DNA of 64,000 nucleotides from Mobula birostris (Eukaryota). This document shows positions 50,280 to 62,427 of this stretch, one piece after another (the stretch's first letter is position 1; the number at the start of each line of letters is the position of its first letter). The DNA is taken from contig NC_092371.1 of the NCBI RefSeq assembly GCF_030028105.1, positions 23,116,439 to 23,180,438 on the forward strand. Direction: 5' to 3'. Under the pieces are notes generated by a model, which was not told where the DNA came from, did not search any database, and saw only the letters and a list, made by a program, of their open reading frames with translations. Position numbers and translations under genes: made by a program.

Positions 50280-51950
50280 GTCCCCTGCTCTTCAAGCGTC
50301 CAATGTCCAAATTCTGCTTTCAAGTTCAACCTTCCAAAGTGTATTGCTTCCCACTTTTCCAGATTGAACTCTATCTGCCACCTTTCAGCCCAGCTCTGCA
50401 TCTTGTCTATGTCATGTTGTAATCTATGATAACCTTCTACACTGTCCACATCTCCACCAACCTTCGTGTCATCTGCAGTCTTACTAACCCACACTTCCAT
50501 TTTGCCTTCTAAGACATTTATAAAAATCTCAAAGAGCACAGGTCCCAGAACAGATGTGCAGAACACCACTAGTCAAAATACAGGCAAAATACACTCCATC
50601 TGCCTTCTGTGGGCAAGCCAATTCTGAAACCACTCTGCCAAGTTTCCATGTATCCCATATCTCATGACTTTCTGGATGAGCCTTGCATGAGGAACCTTGT
50701 CAAATCCCTTACTAAATGTAAGGTATATTACATTCATTACTCTACCTTCATCAATTTGTTCTGTTACTTCCTTGAAAAAGTCAAACAGGTTCAAGGGATG
50801 TGACTTGCCCCTCACAAAGCCATGCTGACTATTCCTAATAAGATTTTGCTTCTCCAAATACTCATATAGTCTCTAAGAATCATCTCCATTTGTTTGTCTA
50901 CCAGTCATATAAAACCTACTGGTCTGTAATTACCAGGGTTATCCCTATTACCTTCCTTGAACAAAGGAACAACATTGTCCATCTTCCAGTCCTCTAGCAA
51001 TATTCCTGTGGCCTAAGAGGACACAAAGGTCTAGTTCAATGCTTCAGCAGTCTCTTCCCTCACTCTCATAGTAATCTGGGGTATATCTTCAAAATCTCCA
51101 ATACTGCCTCCCTCTTAACCTGAACATGCTCCAGCACATTAGTCTGTTCTGTGCTACACTCTGACTTATCCAGATTCCTCTCACTGGTGAACAATAAAGC
51201 TAAGTATTCATTAAGGATGTCTGCTAATCCCTCTGATTCCAAGCACATATTTCTCTTTATCCCTGATTAGTCCTACCCTCACTCCGGTCATCCTCCTTTT
51301 CTTCATGTGCATGTAGAATGCCTTAGGTTTTCCTTAATTCTACTCGTTTCCACGGATGCTGCTCGACCTGCTGAGTTCCTCCAGCGTGTTGTGAGTGTTG
51401 CTTTGACCCCAGCATCTGCAGAGTATTTTGTGTTCTTAATTCTACTCACCAAGGCCTTCTCCTGTCCTCTTCTAGCTCTCCTAAGCCCTTCTTAACCTCC
51501 TTCCTGGCTGCCTTATAATTCTCAAGATCTCTGTCCGATCGTTGCTTCCTAAATCTTAAGTATGCAGCCTCCTTCTTCTTGACTAAAAGTTCCACCTCTC
51601 TTTTGATCCATGGTTCCTCCACCCTACCACATTTTCCTGTCTCAATGGATAAACCTATGCAGAACACCATGCAAGTGGTTCGTAAACAACTTCTATATTT
51701 CCGCAGTGTATTTCCCTGAGAACATCTGCTTACAATTTGCACTCACAAGTTCCTGCCTAATGCCCCTGAAATTAAACACTTCCTCATACTGTCTGCTCCT
51801 ATCCTAGTTCATGGCAAGGCTAAATGTCAGTGAGCTATGGGCACTATCTCCTAAATGCTCACCCCACTGAGAGATCTGTCACTTCACCAGGTTAATTGCC
51901 TAGGTCTAGATCCAGTATGGCCTCTCCTCTAGTCGGCCTATCCACATATT
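50280..51950 (-). mobile_element. Older CR1 ORF2 fragment whose downstream continuation is 43540-43660 (host of the long CR1)
   Basis: ORFs 50270-50569 (ADDTKVGG...WQIEFN) and 50573-50857 (QHGFVRGKS); ORF 43513-43728 continues the RT (EQKDLEVQAHRSLKV). Confidence 0.75.
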
Positions 51951-54019
51951 GTTAGATAGGGGTCATATACTGGTGTGAATTGCAGATCATTTAAGGGAAA
52001 GAAAACAAAGAGTTGGAGTAAATAAGTCATTTTTGGTTTAAGAGGCTGCAACAAGTGGTATGTTGCAGAGTTGTTCTGAAGGCCCAACTATTTCAGTTCC
52101 AATCTTTTCCAATATATCAATGAGTTAAATGAGCTGCCCAGTGTAATGAAAATGTTTGTTGACAGTCCAAAGCTAGATAGTAATGTGACATCCGAGGAGG
52201 ATGTAGAGAAACTTCTGGGGAATATATAGAGCTAAGTGAATGAGAAGGACACAGCACGTGAACTATAATGTGGAAAAATGTGAGGTCATCCACCTTATAC
52301 ATGTGGAGAGCTGGAGTAGTTTTAAATGACTAACAGTGATGTCTAAGGAAGGCAATATCCATCATTAGGGACCCCCACAATCTGGGCTATGCCCCCTTCT
52401 CATTGCTGCCGTCAGGTAGTGGGTAGAGGAGCCTGAAGACCCACAACTGAAGGTTCAACAACAGCTCCTTCCCCACTGCCATCAGGTTCTTGAACTGACC
52501 TGAAAACCCTAATACTACCTTGAATATTTTTTTCTCTCTCTTTCTCAACTTGCACTAATGTCATGTTTACTTTGTTAAGTATAATTTATCTTAGTTAATT
52601 CATGTTTGTCATGTACTATGCTGCAAAAAGTGCTTATGTTCACAGCATTTATACCCTAGGTGTGTATGTCCATGACAATAAACTTGAACATACATTATTT
52701 GGAATAGAAAAGGACAAGTAAAGAATTAAACGAAAAGTATAATATTACAAGGGGACTAGATAAGGTAGATAAGAAGGGCCTATTTCTCTTAGCAAAGGAT
52801 TCAAAAGCTAGGGCACAGATTTAAAGTAAGTTGGAAGATGGAGTAGAAGGACGATGAAAAATATGTTTAACTCAAAGCTGGAGAAGTGTCTGGAACTTGG
52901 TGCCTAGAAGTGTGACAAGAATCCTCATCACATTAAAGAGAACTTGGAAGTAACTTGAAGAACTGTGATCTGCAAAGCTATGAATACATTGGTGGAAAGT
53001 GAGATTAGGCTTAGCAGCTCTTTTTTAAACTATAGACATGATAGGTTGAATTACCTCGTCTGTGTTGCAAATTTTCTGTGAGTGTATAAAATATGAACGT
53101 TTGGATCAGAAGGCTGAGGTTAGCAGGCAGAAAATCAAAAGAAACAAGAGTAAAAACCTATCTCGACTGCCTCTCATAGTTGATTAATTAACATCAGACC
53201 CAGCTGAAAAGCAGAGCAACAAAGAGGAGTCACTTAAGCAAAGAGCAGATACTTATACAATATCTAGAGGGCTGTGTCCACCAGTAAGATCATATCCCAA
53301 TATGAATCAAAAGAGAGAAAAATTGTGTATTTAGAATGTTCTACCTTTCTTAAACATTTATGTAATTTCTACAAAGTCAAAGTGTAATTGAAACAATCAT
53401 TCTATCCAAACAAACAATAGATGACATCCATTCAAACAGTTCTAATCATAGTTTATCACCTTGTTCATTTATCTATTCAACTTCTTTATCTTCTTCTATC
53501 TATCCAATCTGTTCTCAAAAGTTCACCTGCCATTTTGACCGCAAAAATACGATTACATAGCCTTACTACTCTGTGGAACTTTTCAGTTATTATGGGGGAA
53601 AAAAAACATTACTCTGTGTGTGTGCGCACGTTTTTTGTATTCCTGTTTCCCTGTATCAGCCAGCAACTTAAGAAATCTGCTTTAGCATTGTTCTCGGGCC
53701 ACAATAGCAATTTATTGTGTGCAGCCCAATTCCATACACAGTATACATGAAATAAAAATTTGACCGTTTAATGAACCAAACCCAAATTTCTCAACTCTCC
53801 CAAAGTACTGAGTCTATTTTCATTCAGAGTGTGGCTTCACTCTGAATATGATTTCATACTGACATTGTGTTCCAGAAGCCAATGCCCATATTCTAATACA
53901 AGGAACCCAGTTATTCAGTTATACAGGGTTTCATAGCATATACACCTGCCCAAAATGTACAGGCGGATATATCCTCAGAGAGGCACCATGATTGGAGTTG
54001 CTTGGTAGGTCAGATGCAC

Positions 54020-54225
54020 TGAAGGTAAAGGTAAACAGTTCCTCCCCGTGCCTTGTTTGTGCATTGGGTGGAAACCTTGCCATTTCTTTAGCACCTGTTT
54101 TACGAGGCCGAGTTGCTAGCTCAACATTCAACCAGCACAGATGGAAAGCATGCAAGGTGAAGACCGAATTCAAACCTAGGACTTCTTGTTTCAAAGTCTG
54201 GGTGCAGATACCACTACACCAACAG
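54020..54225 (-). mobile_element. tRNA-derived SINE with (tttacc)n-like tail
   Basis: Head ggtgtagtggtatc...ggtttgaattc; body shared with 26885-27020; tail ggcacggggaggaactgtttacctttacctt. Confidence 0.7.
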
Positions 54226-55613
54226 CACAGACAGATGCTGTAAAACTCTAAACTGGTTGGGATCAACATTTATTAGGCAGAACCTTACCAAGCCCGGGAT
54301 CTTATTGCCCTACACCTCAATGTACTGTACATTCTGGGCTTTTATCAATAGAGTGTAAAAGTAGGGAAGTTTTGCTAAATTGTTATAAAACACTGGTCCA
54401 GAGTCATCTGGAGTATTAGCTTCAGTTCTACTTGGTACATTACAAGACAGTGAAGACATCGATGAGGGTCCAGCAAGCACAGCAAGGATTCACAAAAATG
54501 GTTCCTGGAGTAGCTGTTAAAAGAATAGATGAGAGGCTGGGATTACATTCCTTGGAGAAGGCTGAAGGAAGATTTAACAGATGTACAGTATATAAGAAGA
54601 TATAAGAAGGGATAGTGAGAGGCTGTTTGCTTTGGAGGAAAGGTTGAAGACTAAACGACATAGATATAAAATAAAAATAATTAAGAAAAAACCTTTTATA
54701 CAGTGTGCAGTTGGAATCCAGCGCACACTGTTGCAGGTGTATGAGGACAGGTTCTATAGAAGCCATCAGGAGGGAACTGGCTAACTGAAGTAAAATTGCA
54801 AGGCTACCAAGAAGGGATAGCAGGTGGAGCTAGAGCTACTTTGATGCGTGCAGACGTTATGACCCAAAAGGCTCCTGTTGCATTGTAAGCATTCCATGAT
54901 CAGCAAAATAATGCACCCTCCACTTTCTTGGCTGACAAAGCTGTGATGGTAATTAAATGTTTCTAAATACAATATTTGGCTTTTGAAAAACTTAAAAAAA
55001 GTAAATTAAAGTTAAAAATTTATCAAACAAAGCAATTAAAGAACATTCTTCCATCTGGTTCCCTCCATCCAAACAAAAGAGCATATAAATGAAAAATCTG
55101 ACAAATTTTGGCAGACACAGTTCACAGCAAGAATTTCCAGTTCAACAAACTGGAAAACTGTTGAAAATTATCAGATCTGAACAAGGATAACTCTATATCT
55201 TTAGAAAACTAAATGGCACCCAAACATGCTGGTTTAAATTTCTTTTCTGTTTGAATTAAACTAAATTCAAATTCCAGCTTAATCTAGTGTCCTTCCACAT
55301 AGAGGCTAATCTTTCATAGACTGGCTCAGAATGTACACCAGTGTTCTGGGTGCAACTGTTTACATATTTTCTTATCTGTCATTATATGCTGAGATCAGCC
55401 TTTCCAACTCTAACAGTCTTGGTTTGTCACTGCATCCTACATTTCCTTGTCATTGCCTTAAAAAAAACCTTTGAGATAATCCTTGTTTGATATTTAGAGG
55501 AAATCTGCTTCTCTCTTCCCCATGTATCATGGACCCCATGAGCTACAAGAATTCTCTGGCAAACAGAAAGTTGTGCAATTATTACACTATAGCCTTGCTT
55601 CTTAATGTTGCTA

Positions 55614-58600
55614 TGTAACGCCCTGGTTAAGATTTTTACTGCTATGCTGTAGGTACCTCATTTTAGAGCAGTTTGTTCTGCTTTTAGCATGTTTGGGTTT
55701 GAGCTAAAGATAAAGGGCTATATTGTTCAACTTAGGAATGTTGTGTCAGCCAATCAGGATGTCAGAATTGGGAGAAGGTTCTAGAGGACGCTGGGTGGAG
55801 AGGTTTTTGTGACAGACACTGGGGTGGGTCAAGGTCCTGTTGGCGGGAGCTGGGAGAAGACAGGAGGGAAGGTGACAGAGGATGCCATCCCTGTTGCACA
55901 AGGTGCTTAGTGCAGATGAATGGTTTCAAGGAGGAAGGACCAATACTCCCGTGGGGGAGCCTGTTTGTTAGAGATGGACTTCGAGCGACATTCGGAAGGT
56001 GGTGTGTACTACAATGCAGACCGTGGATCCAGCGCATCAGTTAAAGACAACCCCAATTTACGTGCACATTTGGACTGGGTTAACTTTCAAGGGCCCTTTT
56101 TTATTTTTTTGCTTTTATATTTCCTACTAACTCTTCGATAAAGCTGAAATTTGTAAATATACTTTCTTTATAATTGTATGCAGTGTACGACATATTATTT
56201 CTTGCCGATGTCTAATTGCTTGGGGGCAGTACTTACGCAATATTTGCACAGATTGGGGTTCAGGTGGTCAAGGCATCCCAATTTCCCGGTTTTGGTGCGA
56301 CCCAAGTTGTACGGAGTTTGAGAAAGGTGGTTTTCTCACCGCTGTCCAATGGCTGTTAGCGAGGGGCTAATTGCCATATTTCTATGGATGCCCGGTAAAA
56401 ACGGGTTTCACTGTGGGGGCTGTCGTCCGAGATTTGATTCACTGAATACTGTGTATTAGCTGTAAGAATTGATTAAGTTGTATGTTTAAGCCTGTGTTTA
56501 AACTAGTGTCCAGGAAAGTGATTAAGATGCTTGATTATAGATGACGCAGAGATTAAGTTTTGGTGTGATGCAAAGAGATTATCCACAACTAATGCTTGTG
56601 TTTTGAGCGGGCTGGATATCTGCAGTCCAGATGAATTGTTGATTTGGGTTTTAAGTACTGTTAAAGTATTAAGCAATGTTACTCTCATTGAACGGCATTT
56701 TGATCAATTGGCTGGTAAGGATGTTGCGTTAGTCCAGACTAGCAAAGACATGACGGGAGTAGATCTGCCTGGTGCGATAAGAGAGGCGGGGCTGTTGGCT
56801 GTCCATACCTTTAGAGAAGAGAGGAGTGTAGGCGAGGGTGAAGAATTGGGAGACGAGTTTCCCCATAGCTGAGGACGGAGACTTTAAAGACAAGTTTCTC
56901 TCGTTTCTGCGAAATGAGGGAAGGAGTTCTCTGACGTGAAAGGTCTAACGAGCCCTTAAGCAGTTGACTTAAATTCTGAGCTCGTTTTGGCTATTACATC
57001 ACTAGTTGATAAATGCAGGAGTATATCTGCGGAGAGCCTGGGAGTGTTCTCTGGGGTCAAGCCTACCTCCGATGGGGAAGAAGAATATGAGACTTGGGCT
57101 GAGCAGAAATCTCAGTTACTTGATGAACGACAGTGCTCGGATAATATGGAAAAAACTGGGACTGGTAGAGAGCTTAAAAGTCCCAGTTGCTGATATAGTG
57201 AGGTTCCTCAAGGCAGAAAATCCATTAGCCAAGGTAGCTAATTATCTGCAAGCTCTAGCATTTTGGCATTTGTGAAAGTGCTGCCGATTTTAGGATGAAG
57301 TTTTGGCACAGATTCCAGGAGGAAGGAGAGAAGTTGTCTGCCTACATTTTCAGGTTGGAGAAGCTGTTGCACTGTTTGTGCCACAATTCAACTGTCTGAG
57401 AACAATTGCTTCAGCATGGAGCAAGTTATGAAGGGTGCACTGTCACATGACGTGATTGTTCTAGTATTCAAATGACCCCCAAAGTGCGCCCTCCTTAATC
57501 TTTTGCCGAGTTACTCTGAGAAGTTAGAGAGGAAGAAAACGCAATGGAGGAGCAGAAGGCCTCTGTCAGCAGGGCAAAGTCCTCAGTAGTAGCCTCTGTT
57601 GCTAAAGCGGCCCCTGATACCACACAAGAGGGGGGTTTGCAGGATGCCGTGAAAGACCTGAGGGCCAAGGTATCTTGGATGATATCGGTTGGTGCTGCCA
57701 CCGAACATGATAAGGTGAAAGGAAGCTGGACCCACTGGTGGGATGTACCAAGGCCAGGGCTGCAACTGAATGGGGACCCTTGACCAGGGAAGTGACTGGT
57801 ATTTTCTGTTACAACTGTGGAGGAGATAGATATTTCAAGCGGGAGTGTGAAGTACAGGAAAATCTTCAGGAAGTAAATCAGCAGTTAATTAAACCGTGAA
57901 GAAAAGGGGTAAAACTACAGAGGGACCCAGTAGAGGAATGGGCTGATGTTTCGGAGAGGATACGTTCCTATCAGTGTATCAAGAGAAATACTACAGTGCC
58001 AAACACTACTCTTGAAGGTTTAGTGGGACCAAGCTCTGATGTATCCATATGGATTGAAGGTGTTTATGCTAGAGCCACACTTGACACAGGTTCTCAAGTT
58101 ACTTTGCTTTATAGATCCTTTTACAACTGGTATTTGACACATTTACCACTAACCTCAGTACCCTTGAGATTTGGGGGCTTAGTGCTGATGAGTATTAATA
58201 TGTTCGTTGCTTGTCGTTGAAGCTGGAGCTTTCGGAAGCAAATGTCAGAGTAACCGAGACTATTGACACATCAGACTGGATCTGACTACAAAGGATGGAG
58301 CTTCCATTATTGTGGGAACAAATACTGCCATTATGAGAAGGCTTGTAGGAGCATGCAAGGAGGGAAATGGAGAGAAGTTTTTGAAAACCTTGTCCATTCA
58401 CCCTGTGTTCAGAATTGCTTTTCAGAAGGTGCAAGTTCCTTCTAAGCAGGATGAGCAGAAGTAAGGAATTGTGTGGTACACCCAGTCAAAACCTGTCATG
58501 TTACCTCCCTGAGGAGTAGTTAGAATGACAGGAACCCCCAAATTTGCCAGAATGTCCAAGTAAAGGAAAGGGAGATTAACTGAGATGTTTGGAGTCAAAG

Positions 58601-59919
58601 ATGTGTTTTCTGCTGATGAATCTTTAGTTAATTACTCCAGGAGTACTTGCCACACTGTTAGAGCGACGGAGGACACCCCTTTCCGAGAGAGGTCTCACCG
58701 GTTAGCACCAACGGAGGTTGAAGATGTTTTGGCAGCACCTGCTTAGACTGGAGGAAGTTAAGTTCAGTTATGGAGCAGGGGGACCTGAGTTGCTGGAAGA
58801 CATGGATGATAGATGGGGGAGGCACTCTCTAGTAGACAGGAAGGGTCACAAGGGGTGGCTGGAAGAGCCAAAGATAGGATAAGGAGAACTCAAAAGAGTC
58901 AAGAAACCCCCAGATAGGCTGGCCTATGATGCACTGAGGGAACAGTGTTGCATCTAATCCCCTAGTGAGATATGTCACTACCATTTACAAATGGATTGGA
59001 GATCCTGACATCACAAAATTCCTTTGAAAACTATGTTGCTAATGATGGGTTGATAAATTTCAAAGTCATGAGAACATGACTCTTTTTGGTGGGGAGAGAG
59101 TGTTAACACCCCAGTTAAGAGTTTTACTCCCATGCTGTAGGTATCGCATTTTAGCAGTTCTGTAAGAGCAATCTGTTCTACTCTTCGTAGGTTTGGGTTT
59201 GAACTAAAGATGAGGGGCTATGTTGTTCAACTTAGGAATGTCGTGTCAGCCAATCAGGACGGTGGAATTGGGAGAAGGTTCTAGAGAACGTTGGACGGAG
59301 AGGTTTTTGTGATGAACACGTGTGGATTAAGATCTTTTTGGTGGGAGCTGAGAGAAGACAGGAGGGAAGGTGACAGAAGATGCTATCCCTGTTGCACAAG
59401 GTGCTTAGTGCAGACGAATGGCTTCAAGGAGGAAGGACCAATACTCCCGTGGGGGGAGTCTGTTTGCTTGAGGTGGATTTCGAGCGACATTCAGAGATAG
59501 TGTGTGCTGTCACGCAGACCGTGGGTCCAACGCTTCAGTTAAAAACAACTTCAAGATGAGCTCCAACTTATGTGCACACTTGGACTGGGTTAACTGTAAT
59601 GGGCCCTTTTTTTTTGCTTTTCTTTTCCAACTAACTTCGATAAAGCTGAAATTTCTAAGTATGCTTTCTTTGTAATTGTATGCAGTGTATGATCTGTTCT
59701 TTCTTCCCAGTGGCTAATTGGATGGGGGCAGTACTAACCCAGATCAGGGTTTGGGTGGTCGCGACATCCCAACTTCCCAGTTTTGGTGGGACCCAACTCA
59801 TACCGACCAGAGACTTATAGACTTTGAGAAAGGTGGTTTTCTCACCGCTGAGTCCAGTGGATGTTAGCAAGGGGCAAAGGAGCCACATTTCTATAGATGC
59901 CTAGTAAAAAGGGGTTTCA
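55614..59919 (+). mobile_element. Gypsy LTR retrotransposon with PNMA-like gag, degenerate, most of pol deleted
   Basis: LTRs 55614-56410 and 59101-59919 (TG...CA); PPT ggtggggagagag. Gag VFSGVKPTSDGEEEYETWAEQ...LVESLK; knuckle FCYNCG...FKREC; protease LEGLVGP...ATLDTGSQVT; RT start TPFRERSHRLAP, then deletion. Confidence 0.9.
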
Positions 59920-60014
59920 CTAAACATGAAAATTTATTCAAATATAAACACCAGTTATAATACACATTTGTATTTATTACAGTATTTTTTGTGTCTTATA
60001 CAGTTTACCTATGA

Positions 60015-61172
60015 CTATTGGGATGACTGTATTGTTAATGGGTGCACATGTTTATATCGGGGTTCAATATTCACATACAGAGTACAGTTATACGGATTTC
60101 GGCATTCTGCCCGGTGCAGTCTAGTAACCTCTAGCCGTATTTCTTCCAGAGATTTGGAGGAAGTGAGGTTTATTTCTGTTTCCCCTGTGAAATCTGGATT
60201 TTCAGGATGAAGTTCATCCCCAGGATACAAGGCGGCAAAACCATCAGATGCCATTAGTCGGACTGAAAGCCATCGTTCACAACCTTCCACAGAACGATCT
60301 TGGCTAAACCTCTGCAAACCTTGAAGGCAGTGAAATCGGCAAAGTCTTCCTATCTCATACCATTGTGGGGGAGGAACGTAGAGTTTCTCAGATTGGTAAT
60401 GCTCTATCGCCTCAATAGGAGTCATCCAACTGTGAGAAATTATTTCACGACCATCATGTACAGTGAAAGGAATTTCTTCCAAACAACAAATAAAGAATGC
60501 AGTATCAAATCTCCTTCTCTGAAAAGTGGGAGTCAACCAATTACTCCATTCCTTCAATGCCCAAATATTTGGTAAACAGTCCAACTCTTTGCACAGTTTT
60601 ATAAAATTTGCTGCATTTTCCCGCACAAGAGGCCTCCAACTTGCAAGTTTATTTTGGCTATATTGTGTAAGCTGTATGATCCCACAGTTGATCAAATCTT
60701 TATCAGAGTGATTTGGCTTCACAAGGAGTACCCCCGTCTCTTCAAAAGTTTCCCTAATGGCACAAATATGGAAAGCTACCTCCCCAGGTATTTGAGATCT
60801 TAGCTTTCTCCTGTCTGTGGCAAAGATTGGAGACCTCCTAGCTGTTTGTTTGACTGCATCCAGCTTAAAGTTGGGTGACTGGCAAAAAGGATGGAACAAC
60901 TGGATCCATTCATTGGAAAAAGCACCTGAGCTCATCTGACCTCCTGGAAACACATATGCATTGGGAAAAAATTTGGTCCTCGTATTCTGTTGTAACATAA
61001 GCAAGGTATAATTATTTCCCGTCTTCTCCAAGCATTTGTGAGGTAGATTCCTTCCTTGTGGTTGTTGACAGGTTTGCATATTTGTAGCACTTTTACTCAA
61101 ATCGTGCATTCGGATACCTGCAGCCAGGATCACAGCCGCTGATTCCTTCCAATATTTTAAGTCTCTATTCAT
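60015..61172 (-). CDS. NUDT19: Acyl-CoA diphosphatase NUDT19-like, copy B (385 aa, single coding exon)
   Basis: Open ORF with 27 substitutions versus copy A over 381 aligned aa (manual count) and a different C-terminal tail. Acceptor gttgtatctattgcag|caaagATG; minus-strand AATAAA at 59973-59978 and 59932-59937. Confidence 0.9.
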   Translation of the reverse strand: MNRDLKYWKESAAVILAAGIRMHDLSKSATNMQTCQQPQGRNLPHKCLEKTGNNYTLLMLQQNTRTKFFPNAYVFPGGQMSSGAFSNEWIQLFHPFCQSPNFKLDAVKQTARRSPIFATDRRKLRSQIPGEVAFHICAIRETFEETGVLLVKPNHSDKDLINCGIIQLTQYSQNKLASWRPLVRENAANFIKLCKELDCLPNIWALKEWSNWLTPTFQRRRFDTAFFICCLEEIPFTVHDGREIISHSWMTPIEAIEHYQSEKLYVPPPQWYEIGRLCRFHCLQGLQRFSQDRSVEGCERWLSVRLMASDGFAALYPGDELHPENPDFTGETEINLTSSKSLEEIRLEVTRLHRAECRNPYNCTLYVNIEPRYKHVHPLTIQSSQ

Positions 61173-62247
61173 CTTTGCTGCAATAGATACAACTTTTTTA
61201 GTTCATCGTTACCATGGTTCTATCACTAATTCCGGTTCTACTATAACCGGTTTCCTCCGTGTTCTCTAATGTGAACTAACAACTGCAGTGTTCTTTGACT
61301 GGAACCAGCAACCTTATGCTTTAAGGTATGGCTGACACTACTTCACTAAATGTGGAAGGAACTCAACTGAGGCACAGCAGGTGTGGAAGGAAAAGAACAG
61401 TCACTACTTTAGTCAAGGCCCTCCCTCCAGATTGGAAGATTGGGGGGGTGGGTTTGGTGGGTGGCATGACAGCCATTATGGAACCGAGGGAACAAGGTGG
61501 AACAAAGTTTGGCTAGCAATAGGTAGATCCAGCTGAGGATTGACAGTAGGCAGTTGGAGGAGGGTAGAAATAGCTACAGAGACTGAAGGGTGGAGGCAAC
61601 AAAGGGCTGCAGATGGAAGATGGAGCATGGAATGAAATAAAGGAGATGGGCTGAGCAGATTGGGAACAGTAGAGGAAGGAAACCCAGTGGGAGGAGTGTG
61701 TGGATGATGGGTAGATGGACTGGTGGACAAGGGAAAAAATAGGATGACGATAGGCTGAAGGCTTGGGATGGGTGGAGAAGAAACTGGGAAGATCCTGAAT
61801 CTGGGTTAACCAGGCAGCCAAAATGAATGATAACTTGTTCATGTGTAGTGGTATTAGTAAATAACATAAGTAAAGTGGGATTGTCCTTATTCTCCTTTAT
61901 ATTCTATCTGTATAAAATGTGAATATTAAATATATAACAGAAAAGCAAGGTAAGAAACTTAATATTACGATAAGGTAAACTCTGTAATACGTTTAGGTCA
62001 TATTGGTAAGAATGACTAAATATTTCTCAAAGGCATGGGTTTCAAAGACAGATTCAAATGAGGAACAGCTGGTAAAAGATTCTGAATACTGTACACAGTT
62101 TGGGATAGAGGCAGTTGAAATAAAGAATGTCATCAATCATTGAGTGATAGAGTGTGGGTTGTACAAACAGAGTCACAGGAACAGAAGAGGAAGGTGTTGG
62201 ACAGGGTAATTCAAGTAGACAAAAAACAAGGCAGCCCAGGAACTTTA

Positions 62248-62427
62248 AGCAACACACAATGCCAGAGGAACTCAGCAGGCCAGGCAGCATCAGTCCAGCT
62301 GAAGGGTCTGGGCATGAAACGTTGACCGTACTTGTTTCCATAGATGCTGCCTGGCCTGCTGAGGTCCTCCAGCATTGTGTGTGTGTTGCTCGGATTTCCA
62401 GCATCTGCAGACTTTCTCTTGTTTGTG
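62248..62427 (+). mobile_element. pLTR insertion with inverted 5' segment
   Basis: 12-bp TSD ccaggaacttta at 62236-62247 and 62428-62439; 62248-62291 is inverted; the forward part starts at hammerhead stem I (cagtccagctgaaggg...gaaacgttgac). Confidence 0.85.

Noticed and set aside
56500-57900. Domesticated PNMA-like host gene
   Set aside because: Multiple stops and frameshifts, and it lies between two LTRs with protease downstream.
29293-61172. NUDT19 pair as a false haplotypic duplication
   Set aside because: The flanks are unrelated and the 5' halves are too divergent to be alleles.
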